A DNA stretch of 64,000 bases from Marsupella aquatica (taxonomy: Eukaryota; Plantae; Marchantiophyta). A model generated the notes under the pieces. It saw nothing but the letters and a program-made list of their open reading frames with translations, was not told where the DNA came from and did no database searches. The translations under genes and the position numbers were made by a program. Below, in pieces: positions 26,489-40,576 of the stretch; positions within the stretch are counted from its first letter, which is position 1; every line of letters begins with the position of its first letter. Where the stretch lies: contig OZ316892.1 of assembly GCA_973895155.1 (NCBI GenBank), positions 696,917 to 760,916 of the forward strand, given 5' to 3'.

Positions 26489-28271
26489 GTGCTCGAAGAG
26501 AAAGAGCTGAAGTTGAAGCAGTAAGTCACATCTTGTCATTGCCTTCTTGAAGGATCCTTCAGGTCTGGGACCTTGTGCAAAGGGAGGGGGAATATATTAA
26601 AGTGAGAAGTGGCTTGCTGCGGGCGGGTTGTCCGAGTCACTGGGTCTAGATTACTTGAAGAGATGGGCACTCTTTGGGCATTATGTGACCTTAAAATTCA
26701 ATCCAAATGGGTTTTCGAGCACGATTCCAAGAATTAATTTAGTGTTGTCACTCATTGAAACCTAACTAGAATTTCTCGACCTTCCGCCGACACATGGTTT
26801 GCACTCTAGGGCTCAAGTTGGCAATCAGCTTCCTTTCCCGAAACACCATAAGCGAATCTAATTGAGTGTTTCGATGCAGGTACATTCAGGATAATTATTC
26901 GAAGATAAGGAACGTAGAAAAGGAGCTAGCAACCCTTGCTTTGGAAGTGAAGCTCACAGCTGGCCCCAAAAAGCTAGGTGAGGATGCAAGGCACTCGTCT
27001 CGTCATATGCTGTGAAAGTAATTTGCTTCGAGATATTTGTAAGAATCATGTTGCAGTCTACCCAATTTATTGTGGAGTCCTTTCAATTTCTTTTGTGTAT
27101 CATACCCTCGCCGTTTATGCTTTCAGCTCTTGAACATCTTCGGAAAAAGGTTGAGGTTGCGACAGAGAAAATCAAGGTTGCAAAGGTGAAGGAGCAACAG
27201 GCCAAAAAGGTTGGTCAAAATTATTGGTACCTAACTTGTACGTCTGTAAAACATTGCTCTAGATCCTCGGCCTCCTGTTTGAAATAGATCATCCCACTCT
27301 GTATACTGGTGTCATATCGGAGACTGCGAGCTATCATGGCCATCAGAGATCTCCTTTTGTTGGCCTGATAAGCTTGAATTTTGCCTGTCAATAACGTGAG
27401 GATCATATGTGATGATTAGGTTTGGGAAGTGGCAGAGAAGGCCTTGCAGGCAGAGGAGGCGTACAAGCAAAGTCTTTGTGAAGACTTGAACAGACTGGTA
27501 AGCAATAGTTGCCTCCCAAACATTATGGAGATACCCCACTGCGCAATTAGCTACAAAATTGGTGGAGTTTTGTCACGAACCGTGAGACGGATTTGAAGCT
27601 CAAGTCAAGCGTGCTATCTTTAAGTGTTTTTTGTCATCCCTCTAAACTTGGTCGTGAAAAATGCAATGAAGGTACAAGAGAGCGCAGCAGCCCAGTATTC
27701 CCGGCTTGAAGACTTGTCAATGCGTTTGGAGGCTCTCAATCCTGATCTAAAAGGAACAGCTGCCCAGCTTTTGGGGATTGACAACAGAACTGCAAACTCG
27801 TCGCAGCAATCACATGCTGTCAATGGACAACAATCTGCACCGGGTGGCAAACACGTGAGTGCCTTCGTTAGTGCTCGTTAGTTCAACCTTCTTAAACAAG
27901 GTGTCATTCTCAACTACTTTTCATACTTTTCAATTCCATTGCAGAGATTTGCAAGAATTAGGTAAGTACAACTTAGTCCAACTGCCCGATAATTTGAGAA
28001 TCTTTCTCAGGGAGAAAATGTGACAACGGAGCACCCACCACAACTCAGCAAAGATATGAATGGCAACGTGTCTGAACTTAGACCTACACATTCGGGGACT
28101 GACAGTCAAGAGAAACCCTCGGTACTACGAGCTCAACATGTATCCCTTGAGAGAGGCCGGGGAAAGACCTCTGGTGGCCGAGCCAAGGCGGCATTAGTCT
28201 TGCAGGGATCAAAGCACAACGCAGCTGGTGGCTGGAATGGAGCTGGATTTGATGTCGATGAAAACTCGTGA
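26489..28271 (+). CDS. RAB6-interacting golgin (GORAB/DUF662)-family coiled-coil protein; start exon not resolved
   Basis: Exons approx. 26489-26520, 26880-26977, 27127-27209, 27420-27497, 27672-27854, 28011-28271 splice in frame: VLEEKELKLKQYIQDNYSKIRNVEKELATLALEVKLTAGPKKLALEHLRKK...LCEDLNRLVQES...LEALNP, with C-terminal GWNGAGFDVD. Confidence 0.75.
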
Positions 28272-30895
28272 TAAAATCTTTGCAGTGTACGAATCCCTGG
28301 AGCCGGGAATGCTGTAACTGTGCTTTGAGCACCAGGCTTTTGGGCTGTAGGCCTCCTGCCTCCTGACTCTTCAAGGCAGACCGTGAACAGGGGCGTCACA
28401 GGTAATTTGGTGACTAATTGTGGGAGGATCTTCACTCCTTTCCGCATAATTATTTATCTCAGGAACCGGAGATATTGGGGAATAATGTAAGCTGATGAAG
28501 TCAACTACAAATAGGGCAAGTGTGTCAAAGACTCATTTAATCGTTCTTTCACGTTTAGGGTTGGAGTCATCTCAACGTGCACAGTTACTTAGATAGCTTA
28601 TTGAGAAGCATCCGCTTTGAGTGCAAAATAGTCTACTCTTCATAATCTGATGTGATTTGATCTTCAATAAAGCGATAGAGTTAAGAATTCTGTCAAATAA
28701 TGCTTTGGACGCTTTGAAAGAAATGATTAAAATATCTGGACGTCCTCGAATTCTAAAGCTGTTTGAAAGTTGAAGGAAGCAACTCCTATGGTATCTTGGA
28801 TCTGCGCCACCTGTAAATAAAGTGGGAGTTTATCTGTCCATGGGCTGGAGTCGTGGTTTTGTAACGAAATGTTACGGGACTTAAGCAAACCTTCCGTCTG
28901 GAGTTGAGACCAAGATAGATGCCGTTGCGCATCGGTCTTCCAAATGTACAAGCCCACGTTGCCGAGTACCAATTGGCATCCATGTCCATCCACGGCTCAG
29001 ATTCGAATCACTGGACACACTGATACTCTGTCAATTGCCATGCTTTGAACATTTTGAATCAATATGCACAGGATTCTGATTTTTAGGAAGCACGATTAGG
29101 ATTTGGAGTGGGTGTTGTTCTGTTTTATTGAGTCCCTTTAATGAACTTCTTCAAGTGTTATCCAGTTATATTTTATCTGTACGCTTTACCCAACATTTTA
29201 TGTGCAAATATCCAACATCCTGAAGTTTGCGAATTTAATCCAAAGCATCCAAAGCACCCCAAGGTACTCGAGACCACCTAAGACCGATTGTTTGGAAAAG
29301 ATGTGATTTCCCCCAAAGACTGAATGATGTGGACATTGCAGAAAGTAGAATTAAAGTACTGCGTAGAAACGACTTCAGACAACGATTGAATTCTTGAAGA
29401 CTGACTGATTTCTAGTTTCCAAGCTTGTCAGTGATCGTCTCTCAATCTGGGCTCGGCACACTTATCTCTCTATAAATTACCATCGTTTACCGATGTTAAG
29501 AAAGATGATTGGTGGTTCCAGAACACTTTGTATGCCATCACAGGCCCAACCGTCTGAATGACACAACTTCCGCAGTCTCCCAGCGTTCAGCCTTGTCCCA
29601 AGATTTGGCATTTACGGCCACCTCAGTCAAGTAATGTTACACTCGTTCAAGAGGGATAAGGGCCTTGTGAGTGACCTCGGCCTAACTTGCAATGTTTTCA
29701 TTCAGTACTTAGTTCTGCCCTCAGTTACTTGGTGGCTGTACCTATGTTGATCACGGCAGACTTGACCTCCCCATTCTTACTGCTCTTCAAGCAAAAGTAA
29801 GTTTATCCACAGATCGTTTTGATACCGGAACAGCCAGCATCTGCAAGTGAAATGGGTTGGAAGGATCGAGGCACTGTAATCTAATAGACTATGAGGGGTA
29901 GGGACTAGTAAACATTACATAGATGGTGCATTATCAGAATTGAAATAAATGCCTCACAAAATTATCACAAAAACTCCTATTTGTGAGGGATTCTGGAGAC
30001 CGTACATACTTGGACCATTCCAGCAGCATACTTCCCTGCCTCCCCGGAAGATGCACAGCAGTTTCGAATCGGATAGGCAGTTCTCAATACTGATACATCA
30101 GTGTTCACTTGAATGGTGTGAGATTGTATCTGCGATCCCTTGGGAGCACTTCTGGCTGAATGTCATTAATTCCTCCTCTACCAGGATCACGCTTGTGTAA
30201 CAGAATTCTGTAGGACATGGGGAAAGAGGGAGACCAAAAATTGTACATACTTTCTAGTCTACTTAAAATCTCAAGCGAATTTTGTTTTCTGGCTTCTTAT
30301 ACTTTGTTTTCCTTGCCCCAATCGATGATCTGGGGACTTTAGAGTCAGTTGCTTGATTCATTCTCCATCTCTTCATTCCTACATGTCTCATTTTGAAATG
30401 AGACATTCCTACAGGGCTCAGGGACTGCACCAACGAGGGCGATATTGTCTAGGACATGGTCATAGTACGAGAGTGTTTCTTGCAGTACATGAAATAATCT
30501 GTATCCTAATCGCAACAACCTGTCAGATTAATTTTGACGAGCTAGCAACCCCCTGGAGTTATTCACAAAAATCTCAACCCACGGTAATCTTTCAGATTAG
30601 GGAGTAGAACACACCGGAAATTTTAGGATAGCTGTGCACATAGAGCTGAAATGACGCATGGATTCGGCTATAGAAACCGCTTTTTCCCAAGTCAATTATC
30701 ATCAAGCTGCCTTCGCAAACGCACACTCCACATATAACGAAACTAATGCAACAGCCTTCTAACCTGCAGCTTCTTCTTATCTTTTTCCACAGCTGAATTC
30801 GAATGGAATCGCAGGGGAGCCCGCTCCTGAGCTGCTACTGCTACCAGGCAGGCAGTTACATGGTAAGGGATCATGGAAAGAAGTTCCAAGGCTGG

Positions 30896-30972
30896 AGTTG
30901 CATGGCAAGGGGATATAATATAATTATAATTAAGTTGCATGGCAAGGGGATATAATATAATTATAATTAAGT
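30896..30972. repeat. Perfect tandem duplication, 37-bp unit x2
   Basis: agttgcatggcaaggggatataatataattataatta occurs twice. Confidence 0.9.
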
Positions 30973-32837
30973 ACGCTGCTATAAAGTGGAAACAGTTATA
31001 TGATCCTGCCAAAGAACAAAAGGCGTCAAACCTGGAAACCAGAAACAAGAAGCGCGAAACCTGGAGACAGCGTGAAACCTGGAGAAAGGAACCCAAAATA
31101 ATACCGAAAAGCTGGCATATTGGCATTGGCATCAATTAGAAGGTTGTTGTCCCAGCCTACTGTAGCAAGGATTGTGGAATGCAACGGCCATCGTGCCACC
31201 AACCCGTCAGCTTTCGAACTTGGGAGGCCAGGCCAAGTCATCGCGTAAAGCTTGTGAGGACGAAAATATATTCTGGAACTTCTAATAATAAATTGAAAAC
31301 AAAGTACCTGGCCGCTGTGACGCTGTGTGGTCCCTGTTTCCCCTCAAGTACCCGATACTCTAGTCGACGGTCCCTCCATCGCCGCCAATATCTAACGGAT
31401 GAAACCACGCGCTCTTAAAACTGAAGTCACGATGAGTAAACGATCGGTCTTGGTAAAGTGACGGGTTGCCTTCGTCACGATGAGTTCTGTCGTCTCTCTC
31501 GTTTTGTCCGTGGAATCATTTGCGCCCAATTAGTTCTTTGTCCTCTCTCGGAATTGGTTACTCAGCTAACTTGCTCGTTTGGTTTGGTCCCACAGTCTCC
31601 CACGAGGACTTTCTGGTCTGCTCTGCATGGTTGTGGCAGCAACTGAGTCCTGTACTCTGGTCCTTTGGAAGTAAGACCGTCCTCGCGTGTTCTCCAATAT
31701 TCGGTGGTTCTTTCTTCTCCTGTGAGAGTGGCTGGGTGTGAGAGGTCGAATCTTGCGGTAGATTTCGGTGAATGGGTGAGACGAAATTCTGGGGGAACAG
31801 ACCGCCATCACAGTTTTGAGCATTTGGTTTGGCTCAAGGCGTTCACGCACTCATTTACTAGAGTGGCTGATTCATTCATTCAGCTGAGGCTCGGCTTTGG
31901 TCTGTCTGAAGGCACTGCGTCTTCTCACAATCTATGTGACGGATTCGTGAGGGAGTCAATTGGACAAGGAAGGAGAGTTCACGCTTCGATCTAAAGTGAG
32001 CTTTGAGTCCGGTGAGCATCCGCATTTGTGTCTACCTGTCTTCTGTGAGGCTTTGCCAGAAGGCAATTGAATCACTTGTTCAGGGGGTTTCACATTCATT
32101 AATTCGTTCTCTGGCTTTTTCTTTCTCTGTAGTTCCTTGCTCCGTAAACGATGAGAAGCTCTCGTTCTGTGCCACCTCTCGACTTTGAACTTTCTGGCAA
32201 GGGTCCATCCCTTAGTTCAAAAGTTCATTCTGTCATTCGCGTAGTTGTCATTCGGTTACTTCTCGTTTTCTCACCATCTTTATCCTCTCATTCGTTCTTT
32301 GAATTCAAGCCATCGTTGGCCGTGATCATCGATTATACTTGACAAGTAGGAAATCTGACGTCACCAGACGCCAGTCGCATGGCCTCTTCAGCCGGTTTCC
32401 TGTGTCTAGCTGGGAATGGCTAATGTAAATCCGCACTAACCTTGCAATAGGAAATTCATCGCTTCTATCACGGAGGACAAGGTGTAAGATAGCAAACTGT
32501 AGTGCTGAGTCTATCCATTAGCACTCTCTGTTACATCTGCCAATCTTCTGGCAGACGTAGGCGGATTTAGGTAGACCCCTATTCGAATTCCTGTCGCTTT
32601 CTAGTTACAGGCTCGTTGCCAGCTTCCGTAGTTGTTGGAAAATCTGATCAGATTGCGAGTCTGCTTGGCCATTTCCAGGCTGTGTTCAGTTCTGGTTCGT
32701 TGATTTGGGTGGAATTCGAATTGCATTGTCCGTACTCCGCGTCTGAGTAACAAATGAGCTGTTTTGAGCAGGTGGGTTAGGCTCTCATTGAGCTCAGTGT
32801 CGCCACTAGGCGGAATCCGCCTCCTCCTGGCGCTAGT

Positions 32838-35800
32838 ATGGGGTCCGAAGGTAGCCCGCGCAAGCTCAGAGTGCTCGGGCTTCACGGGTATCGAACTAGC
32901 GGGGCGATCTTGAAAAAGCAGGTGTCCAAGTGGGGTCCTACTATCCATGATCTCGTCGAATTCGTAAGCTCTATCGCCACTTCTTCAGCCCCTTCTCACC
33001 TGAATGCACTGAATTAGGCTTGCTTCCCTCCCCACTCATTAGCTGCTCTGAATAAGACGGGATCTGCTTCCTGTAGCTTAAAAACGAATGCGCTCAGCTG
33101 CACCAGTTTTAATCCAGGTCGACCAGCGAAAAAGCTTGGAATGTCAAGTTGTGCCCAAGTAAAATTTCACTCAGACACAGGATTCCAGGACTGAGACTTG
33201 GAACTTACTCTGCAAGCAGATTATTGTATCTGATATCCTCCTGGCTAACTTATTTCGCTTGTTTCCTTGTTCTGACGTTTCGCACGTCTCGTACTTTCTG
33301 TCTCTCCCCTCAGTTGGGCATCTGTGGACTGTAAAAATGAACAATTCTGCCCAAAGCAATTTAATTTGAGGCTTGCACTGCTGTATGGTAGACCTTCATA
33401 GATGCTCCTACTCCAGCAAAAGGCAAGTCAGATGTCGAAGGTATCTACGCGGGCCCATATTTTGAGTGGATGCAATTCAATGAGGTAAAGTTTCTAACAC
33501 TCCCTCACCAAAGGTATGTCTTCTGTTGTTTTTAGATCAAATCACACAGACTTGGATGGCATTCGACTCATTTTCAGTAGACGATTACAGTAAAATTCTC
33601 ACAAGCATTTCCTAGTATTGGGCTTATTTACATCCTTTGAATTGTCAGGAAAAACTTGAGAAGTGCTTGATGCTGCAGATCTGCTTGTCAAATATGGTAG
33701 AGGTCCTTACCTGTTGATTCATCTTGAATTTTTGAAAACAGGATTACTCTGAATTTTATGGATACGAGGAATCTATTGCCTTCCTAGTGGACTACATGGA
33801 GAAGAATGGGCCCTTTGATGGCCTCATTGGATTCTCACAGGTTAATACAACTTCTTTCGTTATTGAGTGTTGAATGCCTGAGATAGGATGTGAGAAATGA
33901 AAACTGGGCATTGACCAATATCAATGGATCAACTGCCATAGTTTATACACCACAGTAACCTGCTACTTACACTGTCGACTGCTCAAGGCTCAGTTTTTCC
34001 AATTGCAGCTACTTTTGCACCTTAACTAACTCTGATAGGTGTTTGCGTACTAAGTAGTTTTTTGACAACACCTCAAGACTCAATGTGGCGATTGCATTTG
34101 GTTTCGACGATACTTTGCTATATATGTGAGTAGTAAATCGTAAATGCTGTTCGATACGTGCAGGGTGCCACCCTTGGTGGAGCTTTGACGGCCGTGCAAG
34201 AAAGGGTATGTGGAAAGAAACCTTTCCTCCCTGTTTTGTAATCGGAATTAGTTTCTTTCTGATATTATGACCCACCACAGGCTCCTTGGAATGCTCAAAT
34301 TCGAACAGCTAGTGAGAAGACTCGATATTTGGAGTGTGGGATGTGTCGCTTTGATTGTTCAATTGACTAGTTCTTTATCCTACGACGAAATGATCTGACG
34401 CATGAGCGTCGTAGACATATTCATTGATATAATATTCCAATTCATATCTGAAGGGGAGAGTCGTGAAGGACAAATCAGCAGCAGCACTTCCTAAAATCAA
34501 ATTTGTGATTTTTATCTCTGGAGCGATACTGAGGGATCCAAAGATTGTTGAAGTTTTTAACACTCCTATAGATCGACCAACGTTACACTTTCTTGGTAAG
34601 TCTTTGCTCTCAAAATGATGGATCATAGAAAGTTATTCGGAGGAATTATAGTCGTTATAGTCGTCTCTCTCTAAGTGCACACTCCAGCATGCAGTGTGCA
34701 TTTAACAAGGGTTTGCACTACTTGATAAGTGCAACAGGCTCCTGTGTCAGCGAACAACCTCGTGACTCACCCTAATTGTACATCCCTGCCTAAAATATGA
34801 TCCTAATTTGTGCTATACGGAACAATGTCATGCGCTCATCAGGAAGACATTGATGGACTTCTGCACTTATCAAGGCTTTTCACTTACAGCGGCAGTTTTT
34901 TAGCTGTTTGCACTTTAAAAAAGTGCAAGCTCCATAGAAATTGGTTCCTTGCATTTATTCAGGGTTTGCAATTATGGAGTGTAAGTCAGAGAGAAACGAC
35001 TGTAACTACCTCAAATGGTTCTTCTCCCTTCAGAAGTGTCACCACACTTTAGGCGAAGTATCTGAGGAACCATCCATGGCTTCACGTGAGCCCCTTGGCT
35101 ACCTTGGCTTGTTGTATATATTCGTTCCCGATAGCCCATTAATGACGTGTGTTTTGTGCAAGTCTAGTAGAACTTGGTAGAGGTCAGCCATGGAGGGAAT
35201 GGCAACAGGATTTTAGCATGCAGTAGACTTCGAATAAGTTAGGCAGGTTGACAGACTAGGTGTATGTATTTCAGGTGAAAAAGATCCCCTCAAGATACCC
35301 GGGGAGAATTATCTTGCAAACTGGAAGGAGTCGGTTGCCATTCGACATCCACAGGGGCACACAGTTCCCAGATTAAGTGAGTACTTTGTGGCTGCAAATC
35401 ACATGAATGCACGAATTCAATCTCGCAATCTTGTTATCACTCCTATGTCAGGGCTGAGACTGCATCACGTTTGGTTATCATAAGGCCGCAAGTTTACTCA
35501 ACTTCTGTAGTCAGCAAGAGCGAAACCAACAACAGGGGAAACCTATCTTGCACAAGAGCTTTCCAATCAGAGGTCCTAGATAGAATGTTAATTCAAGTTC
35601 CGTGGTGGATTCCACTAAGTGATGAAATATGGTGAAAGTACCCAGTTTTGAAATAGCTTGCACCAGCAGGAAACGAGTAGAGTAGCCAGGCGATCTCAAA
35701 CAAGTCATTAAATGTGCCTCGTGTTTTTGTTTTTTTTTCCGTTTTTTTGTTTTTTATCTGGGGGGGTTAATGATGATAAGCAAATTCTGTCATTTGTAGT

Positions 35801-35840
35801 CCAAGACAGATCACAAATCAAAGTGCAGCAGTTTATCTAA
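32838..35840 (+). CDS. FSH1/OVCA2-family serine hydrolase
   Basis: Exons approx. 32838-32963, 33392-33483, 33742-33840, 34164-34205, 34454-34595, 35275-35376, last exon probably 35800-35840. Motifs LRVLGLHGYRTSG, FIDAP, GPFDGLIGFSQGA (nucleophile GxSxG), LHFLGEKDP, HPQGHTVPRL. Confidence 0.85.
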
Positions 35841-38800
35841 TGGAACGTAGACCGTCCAGGAGGTATGCTGACTTTAGAGATATAGCCTCTGAAGGTCGCC
35901 ATGCCGTCAGTATGGTCAGCTAACCTCTTGTGCAGAGTTCTAAAATTGTTTTGAAGTTGCATTTGGCCCGTCGTAACATTTCGGGATTTTGTGGTCTCTT
36001 TGCTTCGCAGATGAGGAAGGTGTATCTACTGTGGTGAAGTTTTTGAAGAGCGTGCAACAGTGACTTACATAGAGTCAAGGGTTTGAAAATGCTCAATTGT
36101 ACAATTTTGTTGCTAGAGGTGCGAGAATCGGCAAATATGTTTGATGTCAAATTGAATACTTCGACCGATTTTGTTGCTTTTAGAAAAACTTGACCGGAAG
36201 TAAATATCAAATAATATAAAGGTTTCTTTTATTTTATAACACATTTGGGATTTGACGACAATATATCTGGCGATAGCAGTTGAGCATGGCACTGTATATA
36301 ACCAACTCCATCTGTTGGACAATAACGGACCTGGTTGGACATTTCATCAGGATCTTCCATAAGAACCACGGAATGCATTCTCATTAGACATTCGAAATGG
36401 TCTAAAACGCGCTATTGTACTCAACTTTTGGACACCCTGATCTAGTTGCAACGAGAAAACAAAACAAACTCGAAAGGTTGTTGTACCCTGGATGGCAAGG
36501 TTTGGAGTGTACTGTATTTATAAGAAGTTTTTGTATCCACGTGAGGGATACATGTCCCTGTACTTAGAATTTTTAAAGTAAATAAAAAGAGGGCCATCGG
36601 CTCAGGAAAGAAGTCCCTGGTTGTAGCCAGCTTCGTTTAATGTGCATTAGCCAAAAGACGTGAACGAACTCTTCCAAGCGATCCAAGTTCTGTTTTTCGA
36701 AAACAATGAGACAGTTCATTACACGGTTTTCAAGGGAAAAGAAAGTGAGCTAATTATTATGAGCGATCTCGGTTCTGTTCTTGTGAAAAGCAGAATCTGT
36801 TTTGCTGCTATGGAACCTTGCTTCTTATGTACGTGATGAACCGTTGGGTTTACGGGGCGGGTTGCTATAATCCATGCAGTGGCTTCCTGCTACATATTTG
36901 TTTCAATTTGGTCTCCGTTAGAGCATCTCAAGCCCTTCCATTACAATCCCTACAACCTCTAATCTTACCTCCAAGGCGAGAGGAAAGACCCGGAAGTGGC
37001 AGAGTGGGGAGATATAGGTGTTTCTTTTCGAGCCCCTCGACTCATTTTCGGCAATCCACATTTCATACGCTATACCATCTCTCTGAACATTGCTGAAGTT
37101 TCTACTCATGCCTGGCCGTTTGTGTATTATTCCCCAGTCTTGAATCCAAAATATGCGCCAGCCATGCAGAATTGTGTAATAGTCGTACCGGAAATTCTTG
37201 GTTGCCTAGTGACATCTGAAGAGTCCTACAGTCAGTCACACTGCTACAACCTACTGTGTGTAGTTCACGCTCCGCAGGTGCTCCATCCTCCCTTGTCCTG
37301 ACCGCAAGTAATTAAGCGTTTTTTTTTAATTTTGGTCGTCTATGAGTTTCTCGTAGACCTCTATGTATGCCTGGCAGTGCTTCTGATCGTCATGATGAGT
37401 CTGTTGGAGTTGCCACCCTTGCCTACTTAAAGCAGCAGCAGGGGATTTGCTGGCCCCAAGTTGACCCCCATAATCGAGTTGGCTGATCAAGACTGACAGC
37501 AGGTCTTGACTATGTCTTCTGAGCGATTTACTGTTCAGTCTTTCGGCTGCTGCCTTCTGTTCGCCATAAGTCTCGCATTAACTCATTCAAAGTGACCAGC
37601 GAAAACTCTGTCTCTTAGAGCTCGTTAAGAGTAAGAGTCCAGGCAACCTCATTGGCCAGCTCCCGGGCCTTCTCAACTGCACATTCGACCAGATCGATAC
37701 CTTGGAAAAGCATGGTCGATATACCTCACCGAGTCTCTTATATTTCGAAAATGTTTTCTTTCCTTAGTTTCTTCTTTGCCCAGCCAGTGTTTTTCCTATG
37801 GTGCTAAACAACTTGCTCAAGATTTCACGTAAAATGACAGCAACATGTTTGGGTGCTTCGTCGTCTAAAGTTAGTGGACTTTCGGATCGGTATAGGAACA
37901 ACATAATTATCCATACGACGATAAAATCTGTTGCGCGACATCTCTATCAATCCACCTACACTGAAAATGGCCTAGGGGGAAATGGACATTGGAATTAAAG
38001 CCCTCAAATACATTATTAATATTACTACTCTGATGGACAATATCAGGCGCTAATCGGCGACACAGGCTTGCTTGGCAAAGGTATGGTTCAAGAGCGTGGC
38101 AACTACTGTACAGGGACATCACATTTTTCCGTGTTCAATCGCGGCCAAATCACGTGTTCTGTTGTATGCAAATTGGATGACGGAATTTGAATTGTCTTTT
38201 GGTTGCATACTCTACAAAAGGAGTCATTGAATGCAGGTGGTCGTCAATCACTCTTCCCATCGATCATCGAAACAGTCCTTGAAATCGTTTCGCAAGGGAC
38301 TACATGTATGAATCATTGTATGACATGTACAATTCATCACAAGGTGGCTCGACTTGGGCATTAGGAATGTATTGTGTGACTGACCTCTAATTAATTAGGT
38401 TAGACCAGCCTACAAGATCTTGGGACCGAACGTAATTTTCCCATCTAGAAGGAAATGCCATCTCGCAGCTTTGACGAGCATCGGCGCAAGTGTAGCCAGG
38501 AGGTCTACCAGTAAGCTGTACGTAGCTCATAAAAGTAACGAGTTCCAGGTCTTAGTTTTCACAAAAAACTATCGCCATGACCAACCAACATGACAGTAGT
38601 TGTTCATAGTTGCCAACGTCAGTTTCACATTAATTTGGACCTACTTAGTTTCGTTCCGGAGAAAAATGGCCTGTACGTTGGCGTGGAGTTTGAATTAAGC
38701 GACATTCTCAGAACTAGATTTCAATGTGGAAAACAACTCACAAGATCGCATGTGACCGCCACATGAGCATTACGGAATCTGTGAAGCAGATAGTAATGCC

Positions 38801-39610
38801 CAATCACTTTTGGAAAGCCCACCGACGTTCGGAGACAAAAAACAAGGATATTCAATCTAAGTAAGGCTAGTTGTAACCGCGGACAAATGCTACACATACG
38901 AATCAGAATGTTCCAATAAAAGCACATGATAATATATGAGCTTCGATCATTTCATTGTTTGTTTCTTGTACATATCGTAACTTCCCAAGGATTACCCTCT
39001 AATTGGATATAGCTCCACCGAGAGTGACACTTGATCGAAGAACTACGCTTTGAGGTCGTTAGATTGCAGGTTTCGACATCAAAGACGAATCTCAGAATTA
39101 GAAGAAGTTAACTAAATCACTTTTACAAGTCCTCTACTCATTCTTGAGGATAATGCAACGTCTCGGTTCCCAGAAGGGGCATCGAGAAGTGAGACGAAAT
39201 TAACACTACTGACGGGACTGGGAATATTCCTGTGCGACGATGGAAGAGCCACCACGTAGATCGAGGCTCACCACGTCTCTCGGGAAGTTTAGAATCAAGA
39301 CCAACGAAAACAAAAACAAATCGGAAATCCGATGGAAGGAGACGATGAAGTCCGGTGCAACGTAACATTCACGGAATGACGGGACCATCCAGTATCTTTT
39401 CCAACCCACTGTCTCCTGCCGAGTTTCTCCAACCACTGTAAGACACTCTCGTGCTAGTCCATAAGTTCCCGAGAGCATTGGTCATCGCACCTAAGTTAGT
39501 AAGCGCATTTCCGACTTACAGCATTAGTTTTGGACCATCAGAGCACCTCATGCCTCAAGTGATTAAATTTCCAGTTCGCACAATGTAGAGTATCCCCCCT
39601 CGTATCCCCC

Positions 39611-40576
39611 TTACAACACTGGCATGACACTGGACTGTCCATTGGTGCCTTCTTCCATTTTAGCGGCTTCCTCCAACTTCAGTGCTGCAGCTTCTCTCTC
39701 TGCATCCCTCGCCCACTTGAGTCGAAGCAAGAGAATTGTAACAATGACGAAGGCCCAGTACAGGAAGTACGAAATCAGGGTACCCACGGTGGCCTCATCT
39801 CTCCAGCCCACTATGGCATTCAGAAGCTTCCAGATACCATTGCCGTCTTGGTGGCAGCAGTGGAGCTTCCACACGAAGTGCTCCGTATGGTTGTACTCCT
39901 CAAACTCGTGGACACTTGTGGAGAACAAACCGGCGGCGATCACGAACAGTAGGAGAGTTGCCGCTCCCATGAACCACTTGAATGCGACGTGGTTCCCTCC
40001 CTTGTACAGAAACACACCAATGCTACAACCACAGATAGCTCCGGTGACTGCAGCCAATGGGTAAGCAGTGCCTGATCCTTCAAGACCGACTCCTCCCAAG
40101 AAGATGACCGCCTCCACTCCCTCTCGGAGGACAGTGAGAAGTGGAATCAAGAAGAGAGCGTACTCGCTTCGTTTGGTCTGCAGCGTGCCATACCTCTCAA
40201 CGCTGTCCAGCGTGACCTTAGTGAGCTTCTTCTCCCACTTTGATTTCCATGTCTCCACTCGAATCATGGACAGCGCCATAAGAGTAATCAAAATCACCGC
40301 AATCAAGCTCAGTATGCCTTCCCATAGAGGCTCAGATTTGTCCCAAGCGTTTTTGGCGACCGTGTAGTAGAGAGACAAGAAAATGGCGGCGCAGCACAAC
40401 GTTAGAACGACCCCGAAGACGACACCTCCCCACACTTGTTTCCGTAGTTGCTTTCGAATTCGGATGTCCGGTACCACCTTGTTCAGGAGCGACAGCATCA
40501 CCGAGAGGATGATGGACGCCTCCAACGTCTCTCGGAACAGAATGAAGAAGGCCGGGACGCTGAAAATTTGGACCAT
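39611..40576 (-). CDS. FTR1: High-affinity iron permease FTR1 (fungal type), intronless, 321 aa
   Basis: Two RExxE motifs (FRETLEA, LREGVEA), multiple TM segments, N-terminal IFSVPAFFILFRE and C-terminal ATVGTLISYFLYW as in fungal Ftr1. Confidence 0.93.
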   Translation of the reverse strand: MVQIFSVPAFFILFRETLEASIILSVMLSLLNKVVPDIRIRKQLRKQVWGGVVFGVVLTLCCAAIFLSLYYTVAKNAWDKSEPLWEGILSLIAVILITLMALSMIRVETWKSKWEKKLTKVTLDSVERYGTLQTKRSEYALFLIPLLTVLREGVEAVIFLGGVGLEGSGTAYPLAAVTGAICGCSIGVFLYKGGNHVAFKWFMGAATLLLFVIAAGLFSTSVHEFEEYNHTEHFVWKLHCCHQDGNGIWKLLNAIVGWRDEATVGTLISYFLYWAFVIVTILLLRLKWARDAEREAAALKLEEAAKMEEGTNGQSSVMPVL

